DNA of 64,000 bases from a virus. Positions 44,378 through 53,160 of this stretch are shown in pieces. The position numbers and the translations under genes were made by a program. Numbering within the stretch: position 1 is the stretch's first letter; every line of letters begins with the position of its first letter. The stretch spans positions 1-64,000 of the IMG/VR virus record IMGVR_UViG_3300001097_000002; one strand, 5' to 3'. Below the pieces are notes generated by a model that made no database searches, was not told the origin of the DNA, and saw only the letters and a list, made by a program, of their open reading frames with translations.

Positions 44378-44992
44378 TTATAGATAGTCTACGATAGTAT
44401 TACCTGGCGTTCCGAACATAATTTTCGTATGTTGACCACCACCAAGTTCACGACTGTAAAAATACTCTGCTAGCTCTGGATACTTCTTAGGATAAGCCGG
44501 GTCGACATGTTCAGTGTTCAGTTTCTTACCTAGAATATCGCGTGCGTCATCAACTGTCTGTGCATACTTAATCGCTTCTGACATACCAATTGAGCGCACA
44601 ACAAATTTGAGCATACCGGCACTAGTTTCACCCATTGAACGGTCAAATTCATTAGATACCAAATCAGCCAACGCAATCGCGCCTTGCTTTGTTTGGTTTG
44701 TGAAACTAGCTACTGACTTACGACCATTTTTGTCTTTGTACAACTTACCGGCAATGATTTCACCGTTTTTTCGAATCAGTTTCCAAAACGTAATATTAAG
44801 CATATCTTCAGGACTATCAAAACCAGACCCTTTAATACCACCAATCTTAGCATATGAGCGTTGAACTAAGTCCCATACTACTAACTTGTGTTTTTCTTTC
44901 TTCTCGTTATCACCAATGATATTAATGTAACGTTCGTTAAGGTCGTTACCACTATCGCGTTCATGTAAGTAATCTTCAAATGCAACTGTCAT
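44378..44992 (-). CDS. Putative internal head protein (capsid-targeting tag)
   Basis: MTVAFEDYLHE…DLNE N-terminus. Confidence 0.55.
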   Translation of the reverse strand: MTVAFEDYLHERDSGNDLNERYINIIGDNEKKEKHKLVVWDLVQRSYAKIGGIKGSGFDSPEDMLNITFWKLIRKNGEIIAGKLYKDKNGRKSVASFTNQTKQGAIALADLVSNEFDRSMGETSAGMLKFVVRSIGMSEAIKYAQTVDDARDILGKKLNTEHVDPAYPKKYPELAEYFYSRELGGGQHTKIMFGTPGNTIVDYL

Positions 44993-45014
44993 TATTTATT
45001 CCTTTCTTAGTTTA

Positions 45015-45539
45015 TCAAGATAATACTGGATATTTATACTTTCCGACGTCCTGAATCCCATCAATTATATCAGGGGTCCGGCAAATACGATGGTGTCCAT
45101 TGTCAAAGTATTTAACGTCATAGTTATCAGGGAAGTTATCAAATACGGCTTTAACTCCATTGTAATCAATGACTTCATCATCTTTCTCAACCAATACAGC
45201 AACATCTGCCTTACTTGGAATGAATTTAGTATTGTCATCGCAAATCTCAGGACGGTTCAATGTTGGGTTAATACAAGGACTAATCAATACCGCATTATGT
45301 CCATATTTTACACTCATTGCGTTTGCAATGTAAGCGCCCATACTGTGACCAACAACAATAACGTCTTCATAATCACTCAAATCTTCAACCGCTTTACTAG
45401 CAATTGCGAGGGCGTTCTCCAAGCCATCATCATAGTCGATTGCAACAGCAACCTTATTAGTGAAAATGATATTAGTGAATTTGTCAGTATTAACACTACT
45501 GCCATATCCGTGAAAAAACAAAATGATAGAATCTTTCAT
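45015..45539 (-). CDS. YqiA/YcfP-like alpha/beta hydrolase (esterase)
   Basis: FHGYGSS, GHSMG nucleophile elbow, DEVID, GHH. Confidence 0.85.
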   Translation of the reverse strand: MKDSIILFFHGYGSSVNTDKFTNIIFTNKVAVAIDYDDGLENALAIASKAVEDLSDYEDVIVVGHSMGAYIANAMSVKYGHNAVLISPCINPTLNRPEICDDNTKFIPSKADVAVLVEKDDEVIDYNGVKAVFDNFPDNYDVKYFDNGHHRICRTPDIIDGIQDVGKYKYPVLS

Positions 45540-46115
45540 TAACTTATCTCCTTAAAGATTTATTATAACATAATATATACTATGGCACAACCGTAGAACC
45601 CTTACAATTGCGCGTATGTGAAATCATCAAGTTCATCAATAACACATTGTAAACCATTATCTTTGAAACGGTTGTAAAAGTAATTAACTTCCTTTGAACT
45701 CAAATTATACCCTATGGATAAATCATGAAGAAACTTAGAAGTTAGTTTTGATTTCTTGGAATTATACTCGCACACGGCCGCTTTAAAGTCATCTTCAGCA
45801 ACGACAACTTCGCGCACTGAATAATCAATAACAGTTTCGCGGACAATGGCTTTTTTAACGCCTAACATATCATAGTAAACATATGCACCTTCAACCGTTT
45901 CGCGCATGCCTACAACTCGACCTAACTTGTAATAGTAGATGGTTGTGAACATTGACTGTGTTGGTACTGGTGTATCGTTCATTGTATATTTATCTAAGTT
46001 ATTCATAATAATTCTCCTATCATTTAAACTGTTTCTCAAAACTACCACTAAATTATATAACAGCCACAAAAAAGTGTAAAGCTATATTACATAACTTTAC
46101 ACTCAATGATTTAAA

Positions 46116-46547
46116 TTAAATTGTTTCGACTGATTGATAATCAATAACAGTAATAGGTACAGGTTTAACTTCAAAGTATTCAGTACCGTCAGTATCAAAT
46201 CCGTAATAACTTTCGTAATACCCGTGACATAACAGATATCTACCACTAGGCATATGTTTTACTACTTGTTCCCAATGGTCACCGTCGCCTTCTCCGCCTT
46301 GACGCCTAACAATTTCGTATAACGTTTTTTCATCAAACGCACGTAACTTGTCTTCTAGCGCATCAGTACGTTCTCGCATTTCTACTCTATCGTCACCGTT
46401 AGTTTCAACAAAATCACTAAATTGATACATAAATTCGTCTGCAAAAAATACTCTAAGCTCATTCATAACATCTTTAAAAGTTTCAAATGATAATTCTTTA
46501 CCATGTACCATTTCTTCAAGTGTGCTGATAACGTCTTCGAATTCCAT
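46116..46547 (-). CDS. Hypothetical protein, local paralog family (C-terminal EV.P…Y)
   Basis: …GYYESYYG…YFEVKPVPITVIDY. Confidence 0.6.
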   Translation of the reverse strand: MEFEDVISTLEEMVHGKELSFETFKDVMNELRVFFADEFMYQFSDFVETNGDDRVEMRERTDALEDKLRAFDEKTLYEIVRRQGGEGDGDHWEQVVKHMPSGRYLLCHGYYESYYGFDTDGTEYFEVKPVPITVIDYQSVETI

Positions 46548-46602
46548 AGTGTTTTCCTTTTTGATAAAATTATATGTTACTAGTTTTTAACTACATTGTC
46601 AA

Positions 46603-46950
46603 TTATAATATATAGCAATCTGCACTATCAAGATGATACTTATTAACCATTACTTTTTCCTGTATTACTTTATCCCATTTATCATGTACCCACATTTCAC
46701 TATACAGTTCTTCAAAGCGCGATTGTTGATAATACTCGCCACTGACTTTATCAACATATATGTTAAAGTCAAAATAACTGCCGTGTTCAAATGACTCTAC
46801 ATATTCCATGCGCTCGTCAAACGCATTGACATCATCCATGAGCAAATAGCAAACAGTTACATCATATGCAAACTTTGTGCGTAATACCAGTAAGACTTCT
46901 TGTGGTAGCATATATTCACGGTTAATAAAACGATTATATAATTCTCTCAT
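46603..46950 (-). CDS. Hypothetical protein, same local family
   Basis: SGEYYQ…WDKVIQEKVMVNKY. Confidence 0.5.
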   Translation of the reverse strand: MRELYNRFINREYMLPQEVLLVLRTKFAYDVTVCYLLMDDVNAFDERMEYVESFEHGSYFDFNIYVDKVSGEYYQQSRFEELYSEMWVHDKWDKVIQEKVMVNKYHLDSADCYIL

Positions 46951-47489
46951 AACATAAGCCTAAATGTTGGTGTATTGGGTAACAGTAACTTCAGCGGTTT
47001 CGTATTGATATAATTGCACCAAATCAATGCAACAACCATCCATCAACACAAATAACATATCATCACGTGCTAGTTCTTTGTTGTTTAAGAAATCGTTAAT
47101 TAAGTTTTTCATAATGTTCGACACTCGTATTGTACATTTACAAGCTCTACTTTATCCCAATACTCCCAGTTTTCTGCTGTGCCATTAAGTCTATATAAGA
47201 AACCAAATGATTTAATGATAATATAGTTATAAGGCCCTTCCATTGATACGTCAATAATTTCAATGGTGTCAAGTGAAATAACATGATGCATATATTTACA
47301 TGCGTCTGTCATCAATTTCTTATCTCTTACATCAAACAGAACATTATTGTTTAAAAATTCAGCACCACTAAACTATGTTCAACAGACATTCTGGCGCACA
47401 CGATGTGACGTTGTTCTTTTGATAATCCTGCTAATTCATAACTACTCATAATCATTCTCCAATAATAAAATTTATATTAAACAGTATTG

Positions 47490-47861
47490 CTAGTACGGAG
47501 TATATACTGTTATTGTTTTTTCATGCGGCATAACTCTAGTCCAATTACCTATTTCGTATGATAGTGTATCGTATATCCTGTTAGGATACGTAAACATATA
47601 ATATACATCAGTATGTATACATTGCACAACTAAACAATCCTCTTCATCATCATCGCTACCTATAGACTCATATTCAAACATATTCCAAAATGCTTCATAT
47701 AGTAACGAATGGTTAACAATAATATCATCAACGATTACCGTCTCAATTGTATCAGCATCATTTAAATCAATTTTTACAAGCGTGTTTAACAAATCAAGCA
47801 AGTCAATATTTTGCATTCTTTCATTTGCTAAAAACAAACCTAGTCTATCTAAAATATTCAT
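47490..47861 (-). CDS. Hypothetical protein, same local family
   Basis: TDVYY…WTRVMPHEKTITVY. Confidence 0.5.
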   Translation of the reverse strand: MNILDRLGLFLANERMQNIDLLDLLNTLVKIDLNDADTIETVIVDDIIVNHSLLYEAFWNMFEYESIGSDDDEEDCLVVQCIHTDVYYMFTYPNRIYDTLSYEIGNWTRVMPHEKTITVYTPY

Positions 47862-48769
47862 AATGAAAACTCCAATGATAAAATTTTACGATAATAGAAC
47901 GGGTCAAATGCATCAATAATATCTGAGTAATTATCAATAGCAAACGCTCTAAAGAAACCACTTGCTAAGTCAGTACATACACGCATCAATGCCCACATAA
48001 AAGAGCTTCTAGCGTAATATTCTTTACTGTCATTTACTAGTTTTGGAATGATGCATCGTTCACTAGCAATCACGTAACACTCTTCTAATACAGTTTGCAC
48101 TTTTTCTAATTGTGTGAACTTATTCCATAAATGCTTGTAACATAACACTTCTCCGTTCTTCTGCATTTTATTATACATGGGTTTATCATTATGTGCAAAC
48201 ACTTCATGCAAATAATCATGTTCGATATATTTCTTAACACCATCATCAAAAAAATGTTCTTTAGTAACATTTAGTTTAGGCAACTTTTGCGCACCAAGTC
48301 GCAAGTCTGTATCAATTCTTTGCGTTCTGATTAACTCGCTCACTGTGTATGCGCTTGTTCCATATTGTTCATCATCAGTTAAACCACGTACTCGGTTTAA
48401 CTGTACGAGGTCACTCATATGCTTATCCCATTTACGCATACGTTGGTGGATATGACCACGTTTGATAATGTATAGCATAGTTGTATCAGCAAGGCTAATA
48501 GGCGCCCTGTAATAGGCGTTATATAGCTCTGCTAGTGTATTATCATATGCTACCAATAGTTCAATACGCTGCTCACCATCATTAAATGGGATAATGCTGT
48601 CTTTAGATATCTTATCCCTAAAACGATACGGAATGTCTTTTGGCATAACCACAACATCCAAATCAGCTTTTGTTCTATCATCAAGAACAGTAATCGCTTG
48701 GCTACCAACAACAATACCGTTATAAATACCGTTACTATGTAACAGCGCTTTTATATCATGAATATTCAT
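47858..48769 (-). CDS. Putative nucleotidyltransferase-fold protein
   Basis: N-terminal VGS.A…ADLDVV (Pol-beta-like GS/DxD); C-terminal HDYLHE.FAH…PMY…EECYVIASER…GFFR. Confidence 0.7.
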   Translation of the reverse strand: MNIHDIKALLHSNGIYNGIVVGSQAITVLDDRTKADLDVVVMPKDIPYRFRDKISKDSIIPFNDGEQRIELLVAYDNTLAELYNAYYRAPISLADTTMLYIIKRGHIHQRMRKWDKHMSDLVQLNRVRGLTDDEQYGTSAYTVSELIRTQRIDTDLRLGAQKLPKLNVTKEHFFDDGVKKYIEHDYLHEVFAHNDKPMYNKMQKNGEVLCYKHLWNKFTQLEKVQTVLEECYVIASERCIIPKLVNDSKEYYARSSFMWALMRVCTDLASGFFRAFAIDNYSDIIDAFDPFYYRKILSLEFSL

Positions 48770-49037
48770 AAATCACCCTTGTTACTGGTTTAACTTCATA
48801 CCATTCTTGTTCGTTGAATATGATGTGTGTACCATTGCGTGTATGTTGATAATAGCCGTTTTGTCGATAATGTTTACCATCATATGTGATAATCATATAC
48901 GCTTGACTATCAGTCAATATTTCTATAGCCGTACATTCAGCGCGTTCAACCATGGTATCATTAATCATGACACCATATTCAACGCTTGCGTGAACTAGAT
49001 GTTTATTGAGTTTATCCAAAAATTCGTCCTGTAACAT
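48756..49037 (-). CDS. Hypothetical protein, same local family
   Basis: DGKHYRQNGYY…WYEVKPVTRVIYEY. Confidence 0.55.
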   Translation of the reverse strand: MLQDEFLDKLNKHLVHASVEYGVMINDTMVERAECTAIEILTDSQAYMIITYDGKHYRQNGYYQHTRNGTHIIFNEQEWYEVKPVTRVIYEYS

Positions 49038-49509
49038 AATCCCTCCAATAAAAAAGTGACATACGAAATCATCTTATGCCACAATTATAACAAATTATTG
49101 ATGCGCTGTAAAGGTCTAAAACAAATCAACTATATTCTCAGAAAGTATTCTTGCGAAATCACCATCTAACGGTTTTGAGTTATACACCATATTGTGCTTG
49201 ATTTCAGCAATTGACAATCCTGACGGTTTAGATAGTTCTACTGCTAATGCGTTAACATTTCGCAGCGCAACATCATTAATTATATTATCCTCGTTTTCTG
49301 CGCAATACTCCCATAATGTCATCAGTAATTCAGTAGTCATCATTTCAGCATATGCTAAGTTTTTAAACTGATAAGACATAACAATTGCTCTGGCGGTTGG
49401 CCTATACATTGTAACCGATACACCACTAAAATTTGATAATTGCATCGCCACTTCTATTTGATATTGTAGGCTAACAATCAAGTCGCCATCATCAAACTTA
49501 ACAATTTCT

Positions 49510-50709
49510 TTAAATGTCATTGTTCTCCTCCAACATCATATCAAGTCTTGTGGCAACCATAGTTCTAATCCTTGCCCATCGGTCTTTTTCTGGTAGTTCT
49601 TCAATGTTTGTTTCTTCTGGTAGTTCTTCAATGTTTGTTTCTTCTGGTATATCATACACACCACAATACAAGTTCATTAGACTGTCTTTGTATTCGCTAT
49701 AATTTACTTTTTTCTCGCCAAGCTCAACATCAGAAATATGGTCAAGTGTATATCGTTCTTGCTTAGCCTTTGCGTACTGTTTATATAATGCCATATAGTC
49801 TAAATGAGTAAGACCAAAGATATTATATTCTAATGATGGTGCTCGCTTGTTTTCTTTAATAACGTTCTTACCGTATGCACTAAATGGACTTAGTTTATTA
49901 GTAACAGCGTTACCTACAATCTTTCTAGCGCGAGTTACAAGATATGGTATATCAAATAACACACCAAACCAACTAGTGATAAAGTCAAACTGTTCGTCTA
50001 CAAAAACGTTGATAAATGCCGTAATCAGTTCTTTCTCATTTCTACATTGTAGATACTCAATATCCGATTTTCCAGTATACCCTTTTAATCCAAGTCCGCC
50101 TGTTTTAACAATGTTATGTCCAACGATAACTTGATAGGTGATACTAAGAATTTCAGCAATTGCATCCTCGGGTTTCGGAAAGCCGATGTTCTGGTCAGCA
50201 TACGTAGAGTCTTTATACCAAACCATTTTTTTATAGAACGGGTCCATCACTTTAATATCAGCAAGATTATCGAAGTTTTTAATTTGTTTGTAAAATGCTT
50301 CTTTAGTTGGACCCTTACCTTCTTTATATACAACGGTGTCGAAATTCGTATATGTAAAACCATCACCATGATTAACTTCAATATCAAAGGATATCGTTTT
50401 ATACAAAGGTTCGTCCACGCTTACTTCTTCATACTCCTTTGATATAAATTGCTGTATAGGTGAAGTGTTTCCGAATATATTTTCCATTTGGTTGTTGTGT
50501 ACGAAATCATTAAGCTTATATATAGTATCAAATTCGATACGTTTTAACTTGTCACCATACAAACTAATATAGTCTCCACTTATACTTTTTGTGAATAGTT
50601 CATATGGATAGTTTTTTACAATCTCAATATGACGTTCACCATCTTGTATATAACGATGAAACAGCGTGTCGCCCATTGTTCCCACGAACGTATAATACCG
50701 CTTACTCAT
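49510..50709 (-). CDS. gp43: DNA polymerase B, N-terminal subunit (N-domain, ExoI, ExoII)
   Basis: SFDIEV (ExoI), ITSW…FDIPYL (ExoII), LDYMALYK…YTLDHIS..ELGEKK. Ends before ExoIII with a non-polymerase tail. Confidence 0.92.
   Translation of the reverse strand: MSKRYYTFVGTMGDTLFHRYIQDGERHIEIVKNYPYELFTKSISGDYISLYGDKLKRIEFDTIYKLNDFVHNNQMENIFGNTSPIQQFISKEYEEVSVDEPLYKTISFDIEVNHGDGFTYTNFDTVVYKEGKGPTKEAFYKQIKNFDNLADIKVMDPFYKKMVWYKDSTYADQNIGFPKPEDAIAEILSITYQVIVGHNIVKTGGLGLKGYTGKSDIEYLQCRNEKELITAFINVFVDEQFDFITSWFGVLFDIPYLVTRARKIVGNAVTNKLSPFSAYGKNVIKENKRAPSLEYNIFGLTHLDYMALYKQYAKAKQERYTLDHISDVELGEKKVNYSEYKDSLMNLYCGVYDIPEETNIEELPEETNIEELPEKDRWARIRTMVATRLDMMLEENNDI
49588..49649 (-). repeat. In-frame 27-bp tandem duplication (EETNIEELP x2)
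   Basis: TTCTGGTAGTTCTTCAATGTTTGTTTC twice plus a partial third copy. Confidence 0.95.
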
Positions 50710-50747
50710 TTATAATCCTTAATAGTTAACAGATATACAATTATCAT

Positions 50748-51248
50748 TTAGTCGAACAGATTCTCATTCCATTCACGATGCCCTTCCCTAAATGCCATAT
50801 TCGATTGTGTTTCTCGAACAGAAACTCTATAGCACCACACATTTTTAGCAACTTCTTTACCAAACGCTTCTTCGATAAAAATACCGTTAATGTACTTGTA
50901 CACGAAGTCAGCGATTGATTCACAACCAGTATGCTCAACTTCAGTAATTTTAGCAATACCTAGTTCACCTAATGCTTTAATTTGGTTGTACATTGGGTCA
51001 TCACTACTTAGCAATAAAGTATGGTCAAACCATTCCTCCAACTTTTCTTTAAGTGGTTTCAAACCACCGTATTCTACTTGTCCCCAATTACGTGTATCTA
51101 ATTCATTTGAACCAAAATATAATTTAAAACTAAAACTATATCCATGTATTTTATTACAGTGTGAATCGGCCCTCCATTGTCTGTATGCACACGGAAAAGC
51201 ATCGACATATTCTTTCGTGACTGTGTATTTGTAATTTATGTTATTCAC
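50748..51248 (-). CDS. queD: 6-carboxy-tetrahydropterin synthase (QueD/PTPS family)
   Basis: SHCNKIHGYS, FDHTLL, TGCESIA, VSVRET. Confidence 0.85.
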   Translation of the reverse strand: MNNINYKYTVTKEYVDAFPCAYRQWRADSHCNKIHGYSFSFKLYFGSNELDTRNWGQVEYGGLKPLKEKLEEWFDHTLLLSSDDPMYNQIKALGELGIAKITEVEHTGCESIADFVYKYINGIFIEEAFGKEVAKNVWCYRVSVRETQSNMAFREGHREWNENLFD

Positions 51249-51524
51249 TTATTATCTCCCATTCTGTTAGTTTTTTATCGTTAACTTTTTTCATAATTTG
51301 ATATCTGTTAATATTAGTTGCCTGTACACATTCACTTGTTGACACACAAACCAATATGGTGTTTTTACCTTTATGCCTGTTGTTGGTGCTATACCTTTTA
51401 CAAACTCACCATTATTATACACTGTTTTGTATCATATTTTCACACCTTTTAATTGATTAGTTAATGCTTATATATAGTAATGCAAAACACGCCTAATGTA
51501 AAGTAAACGTATATCATTAAAACT

Positions 51525-51846
51525 ATTACAAATCTTTACTTGACAATGCTTGACAGGGGTGTTATTCTATCATTTATACAATATGCTTAAGAAATTCTCT
51601 ATACCCTATGCCTCTGGGATATATATATGTTTTATATGCATTCGATAATAATAGTAATGATGCATAACCAAATAGTATAATGTTTTATAGTATAGAAGTA
51701 TGGTCACTCTCAAATGTTAAGTGCCAATAATTGATAATACGCTTTATTTGAGTGATTAGCTACAAAAACAAGCTATAATAAGCTATATTTGAGTGATTAG
51801 CTATATAGTATAACGCGAAGCTAATGAAGATGCGAAAGCATCGAAT
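51525..51846 (+). repeat. Copy B of long dispersed inverted repeat (partner at 11621..11900)
   Basis: See copy A. Includes TTGACA(51540)-17-TATTCT with TG extension, TTTGAGTGATTAGCTA x2, GCGAAGC (51815) and GATGC-GAAA-GCATC (51829). Confidence 0.95.
51583..51648 (+). CDS. Putative 21-aa micropeptide MLKKFSIPYASGIYICFICIR
   Basis: Paralog of 11774..11842 with synonymous and conservative changes. Confidence 0.4.
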   Translation: MLKKFSIPYASGIYICFICIR

Positions 51847-51868
51847 ATAAGTTGACAACACATAATAT

Positions 51869-52288
51869 TATTGTTATAGTTATTGAGTAGTTCGGAAAGG
51901 CAGTTTAAACAAATTTATATTATTGGAGTCTAAAATGAGTATTATCAAATTGGTTAGTAAATGTCTAAATGAGTATGGTCTACTATTCACATATAAGCAC
52001 ACAGGCTTACATACAATAACAATTAGTGATGGTATAACTTTACGTATCAATAATGATGGGAAATATATTGCATTTTATTACTATGGTTTAAGAGAAGAAC
52101 AAAGAAAAAACGAAACTGGTATTACTAAAGAAGATATACAATTTATACTTGATGATGCAATGCGCGTTAAACGCATTTATGAAGATTTTGTAAGTTAGTG
52201 TAATAATCACTTGACCTGTTCGTCATATATTGTTATAGTTATTGAGTAGTTCGGAAAGGCAGTTTAAACAAATTTACATTATTGGAGT
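51869..52288 (+). repeat. 61-bp direct repeats (51869-51929, 52228-52288) of early promoter and RBS flanking one ORF
   Basis: TATTGTTATAGTTATTGAGTAGTTCGGAAAGGCAGTTTAAACAAATTTA(T/C)ATTATTGGAGT, one mismatch. Confidence 0.92.
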
Positions 52289-52610
52289 AATTATTATGAG
52301 AGCATATCCACTAGTAAGAAACGTTATCATTGTAAACGAAGAAATTAACGGACTTGATACGGTAAAGGTTGATTTCACTCTAAGTTATGATTGTAATCCG
52401 TTTGATGCAGAAATGGTTGGTACTAATGTTAATACTGACGGAGCAGGATTTATTGAATTCAATAACTTTATAATTGATGATGTTGATAGCGTCAGTGAGG
52501 AGGACGAAGCCATTATCTTTAAAATATTACGTAAAGAAATCATGCAAGCGTTCACAGTCACATAAAGCTTGTTATGAGACATGCTAATTTGACAACAAGG
52601 AAAAACGGTT

Positions 52611-53036
52611 ATGACTAGTTTAAAGGCGCAATTGCCTATAAAACCAAAGTTCTCGCAAGTGTCAGAGAAAACTGGTAAAGTGTTTAATGATATGACTAAG
52701 GATATCAGTAAGAAAAACTTAAGAACTTTTGACAGTACCACTATTGGTAGTGACGGTGAAAAAGTATATATGTACACCAAGGGCGACTCTATCATGCAAG
52801 CGGCACATTCACGTGGTGGGGTTATTATAGAAGTCCGGTTTCCAACTGCTAATGCGGTTGATAGAGTAAGTGGATGGAATAAACATGCAAAGCGGAAATT
52901 CATGGTTGTTTATGATAATAGTAAACCTTACGCTGTTATCGGTTCTGGTAATAATGTTGATAGTATTTCCCATGTAGAACTTGATAAAGATGCTTGGTAC
53001 ACAGTTGATGAATTAGTATCGCGATGTAAAATGTAA
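52611..53036 (+). CDS. Hypothetical protein, untagged paralog of 53161..53613
   Basis: Shared QLP…S.VS.K.G.VF…FDST.I…GE.VYM…AVDR..GWN…KPYAV.GS…HVEL.K..WY…CKM. Confidence 0.75.
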   Translation: MTSLKAQLPIKPKFSQVSEKTGKVFNDMTKDISKKNLRTFDSTTIGSDGEKVYMYTKGDSIMQAAHSRGGVIIEVRFPTANAVDRVSGWNKHAKRKFMVVYDNSKPYAVIGSGNNVDSISHVELDKDAWYTVDELVSRCKM

Positions 53037-53160
53037 TAAGGTAACTATAGTATGGTAGATGATATATATCCGCGCTTAATTATAAAACATAGTTAAGCGC
53101 TTTTTGTTGGTTGTAAATATATTATCTATGCTGTATAATACAGTTATAGACAAAGGATAT

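Noticed and set aside
43999-49510. Split intein or trans-splicing intron joining polymerase parts 1 and 2
   Set aside because: No recognisable intein block A or His-Asn end, and no group I core sequences at either break.
51249-51520. preQ1 riboswitch upstream of queD
   Set aside because: No recognisable preQ1 aptamer stem-loop with A-rich tail is visible.
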